Positions 39,602 through 51,707 of a stretch of DNA of 64,000 bases are shown piece after piece; position 1 is the stretch's first letter; each line of letters begins with the position of its first letter. The stretch is taken from assembly GCA_951406725.2 (NCBI GenBank), contig OX597816.1:99386001-99450000 (forward strand), given 5' to 3'. The DNA is from Octopus vulgaris. Lineage: Eukaryota. Position numbers and translations under genes: made by a program. The notes beneath the pieces were generated by a model, which saw nothing but the letters and a program-made list of their open reading frames with translations, made no database searches and was not told the DNA's origin.

Positions 39602-39602
<1 letters not shown>
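39097..39602 (-). mobile_element. R4/Dong-like LINE 3' fragment between (AAT)n tracts
   Basis: YDHRVERVLE*EKCKIL*DFPIQTDK...EKYNLLKFEIAR...VPVIIGAPGTVSK...LLGTGKIIKKVLSS*; long (AAT)n at the 5' junction and a short (AAT)n at the 3' end. Confidence 0.8.
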
Positions 39603-39650
<48 letters not shown>

Positions 39651-39667
39651 GTTATTATTATTATTAA

Positions 39668-40345
39668 TGTGGTGAGCTGACAGAATCCTCAGCACTCCAG
39701 GCAAAATACTTAGCGACATTTCGTCCGTTCTTACATTCTGAGTTCAGATTTCGTCGAGGTCGACTTATCCTTTCATCCTAACGGGGTCGATAAATTAAGT
39801 ACCAGTTGACTACTGAGGCCGATGGAATCGACTTACACCCACTCCCACTGAAACAACAAGCCTTGTGTCAAAGTTATTATTACTATTATTATTAAGGCGG
39901 TGAGCTGGCAGAATCGTTAGTAAGCCGAGCAAAATGGTTAGCGGTATTTCGCTCGTCGTTACGTTCCTTGTTCAAATTCCGCCGAGGTCGACTTTGACTT
40001 CCATTCTTTCGGGGTCGATAAATTAAGTATCAGGGAAACACTGCGATCGATGTAATCGACTAGTCCCCTATTCCAAAATTTCAGACCTTGTGCCCTTAGT
40101 AGAAAAGATTATTACTCTTATTATTATATTACAGCAGAAAGCTGGTAGAATCAGCATACTGGACAAAATGCTTAGCGGTATTTCTTCCGATTGTACGTTC
40201 TGAGCTCAAATTTCGCCAAGGTCGACTTTGCTCTTCCTCCTTTCGAAGTTGATGACATAAGTATCAGTTAAGTATGGGTTTCGATAACTGCGAATAGCCC
40301 CTCTCAGTAACTATTTCAAGTCTTGTGCCAATTGTAGGAAGGATA
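39668..40345 (+). mobile_element. Three tandem family A SINEs (39668-39875, 39894-40110, 40130-40345)
   Basis: Each has a gagctg(g)cagaatc-type head and the gtcgact...gtcgataaattaagtaccag core; separated by (ATT)n. Confidence 0.88.
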
Positions 40346-40369
40346 ATGAAATTAATAATAATCATAATC

Positions 40370-40820
40370 TTTTCTACTGTAGGCATGAGGCCTGAATTTT
40401 TGAGGGAAAAGGTAACTCGATTTCATTGACCCCAGTACACATCTGGTACTTATTTTATGGAGCCCGAAAGGATGAAAGGCAAAGTCGACCTCGACAGAAT
40501 TTGAACCCAAAACGTAAAGACGGGCGAAATGCTGCTAAGCATTTTGTCCGGCGTGCTAACGAATCTGCTAGATGACCACCTTAGTAGTAATAGTAGTAGT
40601 AGTAGTAGTAGTAGTAGGATAACGGTTGTTTTTTGTTTTGTTTTTATACAATGCCAACGATTTTGAGGGAAGGGAATTAGTCAATAGCACCAACCACAGT
40701 ACTTGACTCATACTTTATCGACTTCGTAAAGATCAAAGACGTTGGCCCTGGCGGGATTTAAACTCGTAAAGTGTCAGTAGAAAGGTATTTTGCCCATCAC
40801 CTTAACGATTCTGCCAATCT
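40370..40820 (-). mobile_element. Two family A SINEs in reverse orientation (40370-40583, ~40660-40820)
   Basis: aaggatgaaaggcaaagtcgacctcgacagaatttgaac...ctaagcattttgtccggcgtgctaacga. Confidence 0.82.
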
Positions 40821-41191
40821 ATCACCTTTTGTCAGTCCACCATAATGATAATGAGGTGATGAGTTGGAAGAGGGGAGGGAGAATGTTAATACGATGGAAG
40901 ATGATTGCAATGAGGACGGCGAAAATAATGGTGAGGATGGCGATGGTATCACACAGAAGCGCAAGAACATTCGATATAGCAACGAAATCGGATTTTCACT
41001 GCTCACTTTTGCCTTTTTTTTTCCGGTAATTAGATTTCATCTGAATGGCTGAAATATTGTCGTTGCAGCTAATCTCTCAATCTCTTCTTCTTCCGTTCTG
41101 TCTTCTTTTTTTAACTTCCCATCTAAACTTGGCAGAAAAAGTAGTAAAGTGTTGTAGCAATATTGTGGTAAATGATAAACGATATACATTT

Positions 41192-41223
<32 letters not shown>

Positions 41224-41592
41224 ACTTTCATTCTCTCTCCTTTTCTCTCATTCTATACATCTTTGTCTTTCTTTCTTTCTTTTCTCTCACCCGCTTGCTA
41301 GCACCGTGGAGCAAGCTTCCGGCAACTAAAGATTACCACAGTTTTGTTTCTCGGCCATAACCATTTCATTTCACCTTGATAGATATTATTCTTCAACGGA
41401 TGTCAACGTTATTCTAGTTCATCCTTTACTTACTTTAAAATGCAGGGTATATATTATACCTCTATATCTTATACTAAGGAAGGGTGAGATAGTTGACACT
41501 TTTTTCAATAGATAGATAGATACCATACATACATACACACACAGACATTTTACAAAAGCCTGCACTGGCTGCACGATATATATATATATATA

Positions 41593-41742
41593 AGACGGGC
41601 TTCTTTCAGTGTCCGTCTACCAAATCCATTCACAAGGGTTCGGTCGGCCCGAGGCTATAGTGGAAGACACTCTAGTGGGACTGAACCCAGAACCATGTGG
41701 TTGGTCAGCAAGCGACTTACCATTCATCCAACCCCTGCGCCT
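41593..41742 (-). mobile_element. 5' part of family B SINE
   Basis: gacgggcttctttcagtgtccgtctaccaaatcc...gggactgaacccagaaccatgtggttgg. Confidence 0.8.
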
Positions 41743-41757
41743 ATATATATATATATA

Positions 41758-42049
41758 TCACGTGACCACCTGACCGACCAGACCATCAGATGTTGTTACA
41801 CATCGCTGGTCACAATGCGTTCGCATTCTTTTAGCCTTCGAATGACGCCACCCCGCTGGCTAAGCGAGCAGGCCAACAGAAGAAAGAGTGGGAGAAAGAG
41901 TGGTGAAAGAGTACAGCAGGGATCACCACCCCCTGCCGGAGCCTCGTGGAGCTTTTAGGTGTTTTCACTCAATAAACACTCACAACGCCCGGTCTGGGAA
42001 TCGAAACCGCGATCCTGCGACCGCGAGTCCGCTGCCCTAATCCATTGCG

Positions 42050-42051
<2 letters not shown>
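41758..42051 (-). mobile_element. Young tRNA-derived SINE, family D, within (TA)n
   Basis: Minus strand ggcgcaatggattagggcagcggactcgcggtcgcaggatcgcggtttcgattccc (tRNA-like, B box), CpG-rich body, (TA)n on both sides. Confidence 0.8.
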
Positions 42052-42090
<39 letters not shown>

Positions 42091-42094
<4 letters not shown>

Positions 42095-42302
42095 CGGGAT
42101 GCTTTATGAAAATAAACAAAAGACGAAGGCAGGTGGAATACAAACAAACAATTGTATTAGTATGGCGCTCAGGAATATAAATAAAACAAGTCTTTTGCGT
42201 TTCGAGCCTACGCTCTTCAACAGAAAGATACACAGAGAAGAAACACGGAGAGAAACAAGGAGAGAGAAAAATGCGTGCGGAAGCTAGCGAATCAACATGG
42301 CG
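42091..42302 (-). mobile_element. Hammerhead-type mini-element between (TA)n tracts
   Basis: Same layout as 6065-6272; motif at 42191-42228 reads CUUU-CUGUUGA-A-GAGC(GUAG)GCUC-GAA-ACGC-A-AAAG (core variant). Confidence 0.65.
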
Positions 42303-42325
42303 ATATATATATATATATATATATA

Positions 42326-43045
42326 GGTTGGGTGGAGTAGATTCTCTCGCCGTGAACCACAAATGAGAGTAAAGCAGTAAAGTAAAACGGTAATCACGTT
42401 CTGTGGACACGAATGTGTCTTTTGAGGTCTACTGGTGCTTTGCAAATCTTTTGGTAAAGGGAAAAAATTGTGGACTCAGTTTGCTCGAGTTCATGTGGAT
42501 TATTTACTATGTGTTTTCTTGAGTGGATGGCTTGTTTTGCTTTGTGCCACAAAACTACAATGACAGGTAAGGTTTCTATTTAGAGGGGCAGCTTTTTGCT
42601 AGTGTGCTTTCATGCTTGCACGAAGTTGGTCCCGATGTTGTAGTCGATTTTGCTCAAATCTTTGAACTGAAGAGAAGCAGGACTGGTGCCTGGTCCTGCT
42701 TTCTGTTGCTTTGTTTTTCCAGATAGAAAAGAGAATGTTGCATCACTTCGGGCTGTCGTTTAGTTTGTCTTTTGAAGGGCAAAAGTGGACTTCTAACTCG
42801 CCTTTCTGTTGGTAATTGGCCAAAGAGAAGTTGCTACGGAATTCTGATATCATTCATACGTGGCCATCTAAGTTGTATTTTGATGAGAATGGCTTCAACA
42901 ATTGATATGTGGCATTTTGTTAAAACCCCACTGTTTCGAATATGGTCGATCGGTTTTGTATTGGAAATAGTAGGGATGCATCGCATATGAAAAGCGTCAA
43001 GCTGGTTGATGTGCTTTAGGTACAGGGTCCAAAATTCAGCACACG
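42326..43045 (-). mobile_element. RTE-clade LINE 3' fragment with decayed terminal zinc fingers
   Basis: AEFWTLYLKHINQLDAFHMRC...QLRW...RIP*QLLFGQL...FEQNR...DLKRHIRVHRT*; 3' end joins (TA)n. Confidence 0.8.
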
Positions 43046-44080
43046 ATTAAGCATAAATACGTGTGTGCGCGCGCGTGCATGCGTGTGTGTGTGTATGTGT
43101 GTGTAGATACTATGGCATTAAAAATATTATCTCTTCCTTTAAAAGTCCAAGCCCTTACGGTTGAGAATAAATTCGATATTATAGTTTTATAGAGAAGAAT
43201 TCATAGACTCAGTGTTTGATGAAGCAACAGGACTCGAAGTCTCATCTAAAACTAAGTCAGTTTAATTTTGTTCTCTGATCAAATCACATCGTGGTGTGCT
43301 TCAACTTTATATTTTCCGTTTCCAATAGGATAAGTTCCTGCAATAGATTTGGGTCGATTCTGTTTATTATGTTCTTTGAAATTAATTTTTATGTCTAGTC
43401 AAAAGAAATCATTATTTAGCATTGTGTTTCCATATTTCGATTTCAAATTTCGAATAGGTGCGGACCTCGTCTTTCATCTTTCTCCAGTATCGATAAAATA
43501 GATATAGACGTCGACCCAATTGACCAATTGACAATAAATCACAAAACCCTGTGCTTCCTCACCAGCAATCAAAGATATAGTCAAAGTTATTTCTAAAATT
43601 TAAGTATTATTACATTCTTCTACTCTCACCAGAAGCTGGAATTTACCAGGAACATAGTTCAGAGAAATCAATCCGTCTTCCCAATTTTGAAAAATCAACT
43701 AACACTGAAGTATATTAATAAATATATGATTATAACTTCAAGTAATTTCCATACATTTTTCTGCATCCCTTTCTCTCCACCCACCTCTCTATCTCACACA
43801 CACATGCACAAACATGCACATTGTTATATGTACAATTGTTTCGACTCATCTAGCATCAATCCCTAACGGGCGGGATACTTATCTGGTTTAGGAATATCCG
43901 TCGGTGTAGATGTGTCTCTTCAGGTTATTATGAGATGTATCTCGTTAAAATAACGACTGTGCCGCCGCAAGATATCTTCTCGGTTTGTGTATAGAAAAGC
44001 AGCAAATTAAGAGATACAATTTCATTTTTATAGAAGATCAGTAATAAATAACATGCAAAAAGAAACAAATACACAATTCT

Positions 44081-44285
44081 CTTCTACTCTAGGCATAAGG
44101 CCCGAAATTTGGCGGGGGAGGGGCAGTTGATTAGATCGACCCCAGTATACAACTGGGACTTAATTTATCGACCCCGAAAGGCAAAGTCGACCTCGGTGGA
44201 ATTTGAACTCAGAACGTAAAGACAGACGAAAAACAGGTAAGCATTTCGCCCGGTGCGCTAACGCTTCCGCCAACCCGCTGCCTTA
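44081..44285 (-). mobile_element. Family A SINE
   Basis: tttatcgaccccgaaaggcaaagtcgacctcggtggaatttgaactcagaacgt. Confidence 0.88.
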
Positions 44286-44314
44286 CAGCAAAAAAAGTAT
44301 TAACTAATTATGAA

Positions 44315-44580
44315 GTGAGGACATATGGCTTAGTGATTAGGGTGTTGAGACCGGGCGGTGCGTTATTTTCTTCATCAAAACACTTCATCTTCCGTTGCTC
44401 TACGATCACTTCGACACCTGACGCGTGGTACACCGTGCACCTGTTCAGGCAACGTCGCTTTGATGGAGAGAGTGAGCTAATGTACAACACACATATTTGA
44501 TCACTGCAGACAAATCATTTGTGCAGATCGTTCCGCAAAACCTGAACACTCATACGTCGTCTTCAACGGGCGAGTCCAAC
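44315..44580 (+). mobile_element. SINE with partly deleted tRNA head
   Basis: atggcttagtgattagggtgttg joined to agaccgggcggtgcgtt...aaaacacttcatc..gttgctc, related to the heads of families C and D. Confidence 0.55.
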
Positions 44581-46209
44581 ATATATGAAGTCAATGTTCT
44601 CTAAATCAAATTTCATTTTCAAAATTTAATAGAATCTACAGACAGATTTTTTTTTCCTTCTTTCTTTCTTTGTTTTTATTTTTTATTTTTTATTTTTTTT
44701 TGTAAACACTTTAAACAAAGACCTTTCTAGTCCAGGCACTGCTGATAACATGAACTAATGAAATTGCAAACATCAAGAAACGTTTCGTTCAGTATTTATT
44801 TGTGCTCATTCTCATTCAACGGCTGCAACTCAATTTGTCGACTGTTACTGTTTTTTGTTTTTTTTAACCGTGGACTTTAACTTTTAAGTATCTCCATGAA
44901 AAACGCTCGGGGGTTTGAGGTCCACATCTTCTATACATCGTGCCATGTACCGCTAACAAAACTCCTCCACTCCTCGATTTGGATCATCTCCACTCAGAGC
45001 ATGGACTATTCTTCAAAGTGTGATAGATACTTGATTTGAAATTCCTGTCTCACGATTCGATTGTCGCCCGGATTGTCTCAACTCTGGCAATACATTTTTA
45101 GTATCTTTGCTTTGTGGATCCCGTCGATATCTGCAGTTTTCTGCAACGTTTCTTGTGGACATTCTGAATAGTATCAACTTTTTCAAACTTATTTTTATTT
45201 CGAATGATGATAAGCTGCTTAAGCGGAAGCTCCCTTTTAAAGTGTCTTTGCACTTCGACTACGTTATCAAACTACCGGTGGAACTTTAGAGCGAATTTCC
45301 TTTGTCCAGAACTTAGCCTACTTCCCTTTCTTATTCTTAATGTGTTAAATCTAGAAAGAAGTCAAAATTAAGTGAATTGGCTGTTTGTATACATCTTGTG
45401 GGACAAAAGCACTCAACACATTTATAGGAGTTGCGTATATCATCTTTTAAAACTGTTTGATTCGACTCCATGTGACTTAAAATTTCGCAGGATTTTCACA
45501 AAAGCATAGCTAATTCTTGATCAGATTACCGAATTGAGAAACCGAAGGAGTCTAAGATGGCTACTGGAAGCTCAAGATTACAACTAGAAAATACGCTGCT
45601 ATTGGTCAAACCAGGTGACAAGGTGTTGTTGGGAATGAGATCGGCATTTCAGTCGATCGCTCTCTATATAGAAGAGTTCGATTCAGATAAGTGATGCTGA
45701 TAAGCCACAAAAATAGTGAAATATCGGCATCCATCACTCCTGGACGGGACTGGGGGTGAGTTATCTCGCAGTTCTATAACTTAAAGATGTTGAGTATGTG
45801 CGCTTGAAAATGGTTACAACAGTGGCACTGCTTTTAATTCATAATTGTATTTGATTTTATGTATTCATCGTCGAGGCATACCAGCAAAATGTTCTTACAC
45901 ACTTTGTATATAGCTATAGACTGGCAATTCAGCTCGTCCCCAGTTCGATTCAAGTAAGTAATGTTGATAAGCCACAAATATTGCGAGACATCAGTATCCA
46001 TCACACCTGGATGGGAGCGAGCGAGTTGTCTAGCCTTTCTATGGCTTTCAGGTGTTTTAACACCCAGTGCTATGAGGAAGTCGTCCCTAGTGCGCTGTAA
46101 CCCAACAAAACTGGCGAAGAAACAAAACTCGAACAGTGAGTATGTGCGATCGATAATCTGCGTGCGTGTGTGTGTGTGACTTTGTCGTATTTTAATTGCG
46201 ACTTAGTAT

Positions 46210-46720
46210 GGTATTAAACAGAAATATCCTTTATTTCGAAATATGTCCCCGAAAGCTCTGGCGTATTGTAGTGTTATATAGAAATATCAGTATTCGCTGA
46301 TATTTCGCTACTGACTTCGTATATTATTTTATAGAAATATAGTTCCATCTGATTATTTACTACAGCTGTTATATATTGCAGTATTATAGAGAAATATCAT
46401 AGCAAAATGTTTCAAAACAAACTTAGAAAGTTGTATTATATTACAATATCAGTATCACCCAAATTTTCCACCACAGAGAGCTTATTTACAGGAATTTGAG
46501 TAACCGCTCTAGTGCATTGTATGTAGTATTCTATAGCAATATCCGAACCACCTGATATATTTCAACAGCTGTGGTATATAGATTATGCGTTGAATTTTTA
46601 AAGAAATATCAGGTGCTATCACCTGATACTTTATCAAAGACAATTTATTTAGCCATTATCTATTGTCAACTTTATTGGTTCAAAGGTCGGTTCGATATCT
46701 GATATATTTCACAGTAATAC
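46210..46720. repeat. Decayed minisatellite with an agaaatatcagtatcacctgatatattt motif
   Basis: Motif variants near 46220, 46280, 46332, 46390, 46445, 46535, 46601 and 46694. Confidence 0.5.
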
Positions 46721-47082
46721 TGAGATGTTATTTTCTTCAATCGTCTTAGTCGAAGCTGTTGATTGGCCCCAGGTCAGCCCTGATAGAGTAATAGCTATAT
46801 ATGAGGTTTTTTTTAATCTATGACTAGCTCCTTTTATTTTTTTTAAACATTAAGTACATTAACTTCCTTGTAATTATACTGGATTTTTGTAAATATTTTG
46901 TATACAGAACGTTCCCTTGAGGTCTTTTCTTTCTTCCACAATGTTGACATTCAGAATCAGTAACACTGCATTCCACACACATATATATATATATATTCTT
47001 TCCTGAGCGTCAAATAATACTTTAATTGTTCCACGTCCTCGCGTTGCTGTGTTTTTTTTCTGTGTTTTCTTGTTTGGATTAA

Positions 47083-47145
<63 letters not shown>

Positions 47146-49185
47146 GATGCAGCACGAAGTATTGTCAGTGAACAGGTCACGGTTTCAAAGCAACGAAAAT
47201 ATTTTGACACAAATTAACGGTTTTTTGTGTGTTTTAAATGGCTTATAAACATCTTCCACGATTGCTTATATATATACAAGAGTTATAGGAATGGAGTTGA
47301 TAAGATTCGGGCGACACATGGTTCATAGCGAGTGGAACCTCGGAAGTGTTAAATATTCAAGCGAGGTGTATACTGCAGGCTACTCTTTGGGCCAAGGTTA
47401 TCTTGATTAAATGAAAGTTTACATTGTCGCAAGGAGGTACGTGTTAACACACACACAAACACATACACACACACATGTACGCATGCACACGCGTGCACAC
47501 ATGCACGCGCACACACACACACACACATATCTTTAGAGATGGAGATAGATTTAATTATGCATATCAAATACAACTTAGATTCTTGATTTATTAAAATTAT
47601 CTCCGCCTCTTCAGGATGTGTCACAATTATAAATATGGCAATTGAATAGCTCCTATGAGAAGGAGAAATTATCTCAAGAATCAAGTATTTTTTTAATGCT
47701 GGCATGCTGTTAAATAAAAGCACGAGTTTATTGGCTGGAGAGAAGAAAACAGTTGTGGCCACGAGTTTCTGACTCAATAGAAATCATCAGCACGACAGTT
47801 CTTCTAATCTATCTTCAACAGCAAAGAGACATTGATATAAAAAAAGAGCTGGACGCATGTCCTAGGTAATTTGCTTGAATTAAACAAAAATAAACAAAAA
47901 TGTTATCGTTGCTGCTGCTGTTGCTGTTGAGCGAAGCGGTCTTCGTCCCAGAGCTCGCAGTGGGAGAAATCCGAATCGTGGTCCTTTGCTATTCGTAAGA
48001 CCCGCAGATGAGAAAGCAGGTCAACCCCCGACACCGAGAGAATCGACGGATGGATGAATGCGCATTCAGGCTCAGGGGTTGCGTAGGAAGTCGGGTGCTG
48101 CTGCTACTGTTGTTAATGATGGTGTTGAGGAGCAAGAGAAGAAGGATGGTGATAGTAGTGGAGGTCGGGGGTGGTAGTTGTGGTGGTGGTGATTATTATT
48201 ATGATGATGATGAAGAGGAGGATTTTGCTATTATTGTTACTGCTGCTGTTTGTTCTTTAATCCCATGCTTGTTCTGGTCAAATACATCAAAGATATTCCA
48301 GGCTTGACCATGCTGCCTTTTTTTTTTTTTTCCTGAATTATCTTGAACTTGAATGGCGGTGCCCCAGCATGGCCATAGCTCGTGAGCTGAAACTAGATAA
48401 AATGAAAAAAAATGAAAACTGCATCATCTGCTGTGTCCTTCCTATATAAAATATAAAAACAACAAAATGGGATTTGTGGAAAATTTAGCTGTTATTTCCA
48501 GTATTGATGTTGTTGTTGATGTTGCATTTGCTAATGACATTATCGTTATCGATGAAGTTGTTATTGATGATGATTTAGTTGCTGTTGTTGATGATGATGA
48601 TGCTGTTATTGCTTCTGCTGTTGTTGCTGATGTTGATACTGATGATGATGAAGATGATGATGATGTTGCTTGCTCGTGCTGTTGATTATTGGTGTTACTG
48701 ATGTTGATGAGGTTGTTGTCAACTTACTTTTTGTAGTTCTTTTATTGTTATTGTTATTATGGTGGTGGTGGTGGTGTGTCTCTTTACTGCTGCCAGTGCA
48801 GGTGCTGTTTCCATTACAGCCTGCTATCTATCAAACACTACTACCATATCAGATCTGTGCTGCAATTAAACACCATTAATTAACAGAACCATTTTCTTCT
48901 GTCATCATTCTATTCAGTCTGGCTGGAACCGTTCGCTTCAAACATCATGAAACTGCTTTTGTCTATTTTTATTTTTGTTTTTCTTTCTTTTTTTTGTTTT
49001 TGTTTCGTGCACGTCTTCACTAATTTATTCAAATATTTAATACGTCTGTCGTTCTTATCGCATTTTTTTCTTAAATTAGCATTATTGTTATTGTTATTAT
49101 GGATGTGGCAAAAATCATACAGCGTTGGATTAAATGCTTTCCAGTATTTAGTTTACATTTTTCTCAGATTTTCCATTCACCCCAC

Positions 49186-51707
49186 AATGTCTGAACTAAG
49201 GTTCTTGGTACTAAAGATGCATGATACGATCTTTGAGAATACGGGTGACTGTTCAGAAACTGCGGAGGACGTGTTATATTCGATTCCAAGAGGATACAGG
49301 CGACGAAGTGGACACGATCGACTTCGATGGTCTACAGTAGTCCAAGAAGAATGAAGGATTGTGTTGTGAAAATCCGATTTCACCTTCTGAAATAATAGGC
49401 GCTAAGTCTTGGTGTGCGAGAGCTATATCTCCAGGTCTGGAGAGTTTTCCCTTTCTACACCCAACCATCAAACAGTACTATACACTAACTGCAGACACGT
49501 ACGATCTTCTTGGACCTAGAAGGTGAGTCGGTCGTTCTGACATACAAAGGTAAGGCATTCACGTTGGTTGGTATTTACGCGCCTAGCACGCTAGGCAAAC
49601 GAAATGAGTTCTATCAACATCTGGGGGATTTTCTGGTGACATCAAGGACACTAGTTTTATTAGGAGATTTTAACGCTATTCTCGATGCACGACTGGATAG
49701 CGTAGGCTCGAACGAGAGGAAATGCAACTCACGCCTCATCAATTTGCTGAAGCGATTTAGGCTGACAGTTCGATACAGACTTGATAATCCGAGCGTTCCA
49801 ATGTTAACTTGGACTTATAATGAAGGATCAATCAGGTCTTACATAGGCAGGATTATAGTTAATGCTAGAGATAAGTCTAGTTTTAGCCATCCACATTTTA
49901 CCTATGTACCCTACACGGATCACAAATTAGTGACGTATGGGTTGCATATAGATATGGGATCTGGCTATTGGAAGTTGAACAAGTCCCTATTGGATTGCGA
50001 AACTTACCGGAGCCAGATTAAGGTGTTAGTAATGACGGCACTAACTGGCGCCGTGTTAAATAACCGGTGGTGGAAGGCCCTCAAAAGAGCCATTCAACTT
50101 GAGTCGACTACATTTAGCAAGCAGTTAAGTCTAGAGCAGACTAGAGTAGAAAGGGATTTAGTTAAGGTGTTAGAAGAGGCGCTGAGAATGGGCTCTGCAC
50201 ACCAAGTTTTGGTGGAGTGATCGGCCTTGGACCGATACCTCAATGCCAAATACGAAGGATGCAGAGTTCGGGCTAAAGTATGTGTACTGGGTCGTGAGGT
50301 TATCAACGTTGCTGGTGGGGGGATCGCTCGGTAACCCAACGTGGCGTGGATGCTACGATGAGGTCAGTGGTTAATGAACATGGACAAGATTAACGAACGA
50401 TAAGGTCTGTGGTTAACGAACATGGATCGAAGGACAGGAGATGTGCAAGGCCATTCACGAGCACTTTGCTGTGTTGTTCGGGAGGAGCGGGGCGCTGGAC
50501 CATAGAGATACCCTCAGGGATTTCCTGGCCGGCGGCCCGCGTCATTCGGCACGTGACGCTGAGCGCTGTGAAGGGCCGATCACAGCTGAGGAGGTCATAG
50601 AGGTACTTTCCGAGTGCCCCGGAAACAAGTCGCCGGGATTGGATGGTTTACCTAACGGATTTTTATAAAAGTATGCCAGATTTGTTCGGGAACACACTGG
50701 CCAGTGTGTACGCGAATTGGCAGCAGAATGGGAGAATTCCTAAATCTGTGAGCCGAAGAGTGGTGACACTGATCAGGAAGGACCCGGGCAAGGAGGATAA
50801 TCCGGGCGGTCGGACTGGGCCCGACTTTCCGAGGCTGGATCGAAGCTTTGTATTGCAACATTGATGAGGAACAACTGGCCAGCCTGTTCAGGAGGACATT
50901 CGAGCCAAGGTATCTGGATAACTTCCAGAAATCCTTGGCTTGGTTGTGCTACCGATCGGCCTTACCAGTTCGAGAGAAGTTGTCCAAACGCGGTTTTGAC
51001 ACCTCTCTCACATGCCCGAGGTGCGGGCGCATCAGTGAAACTGTCGTACACTGTGAGGAGCTGAGGAAGTTGATAGCCTATGTCGAACAACTGATGCCGG
51101 ATGCAGAAAGAGTACGGCTCTCGACTGGGTCCATTGTTAAGATAGCACCGCCTCCTTTCTTTAATAAGGAAAGGAAGGCATCTTTTCTCTGCGTAGTAGC
51201 CATACTGAAAGATACAGTATGGATAACACGTGCGAAAGGGATTGGGACAGGCCATTTTATCTCCAGACGTGGGTTGATAAGTTAGTTTAACTTTCACCTG
51301 CTAAGAAGGATTCGTCTGGAGAAATGGTACCTGCCTCAGAGTGTGTACGGAAAAGGATAGAAAACTGTGGAAAGGAAGTTGAGTATGAACGGAACCGTGC
51401 TAGTGTACCCGGTCAAAACGAAAAGAAGAAAGTAAGGAAAAAACAAAAAAGCAAATAAAAAATGGAAAAAACTGGCGGGTTAAAAATGAACCCTTGGACT
51501 ATATAATTCTGTAATATTTTTAGTTGCGTTTTTCATTTTTGATTTTAATTCTATTGTCATTTTTGGATTTAACATTGCATTAATCATTCCGATTTCATCC
51601 AAATTTTAAATGATTGTAACCCCAGCCCTCTGTAATATTGTCCTTGTTTCGTCCCCGCCCCTGATCTGTACCTTCTATTTGTGCCTTTTATAGGCGAATA
51701 AATAAAT
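49186..51707 (+). mobile_element. Internally deleted Tx1/L1-group LINE
   Basis: APE domain, linker EGPITAEEV...KSPGLDGLP, LIRKDP, then a jump to LAWLCYRSALPV...TCPRCG...ETVVH; T-rich 3' UTR ending aataaataaa. The 5' boundary is uncertain. Confidence 0.82.
49510..50220 (+). pseudogene. APE (AP-endonuclease-like) domain of LINE ORF2
   Basis: GIYAP, LGDFNA, TW, SYIGRI (SxIDR), TDHK, GYWKLN motifs; premature stop. Confidence 0.88.

Noticed and set aside
41975-42051. tRNA gene
   Set aside because: D arm is incomplete and the sequence continues into a SINE body; the same applies to the other SINE heads.
48467-48685. Acidic D/V-rich ORF
   Set aside because: Degenerate (GAT/GTT)n repeat.
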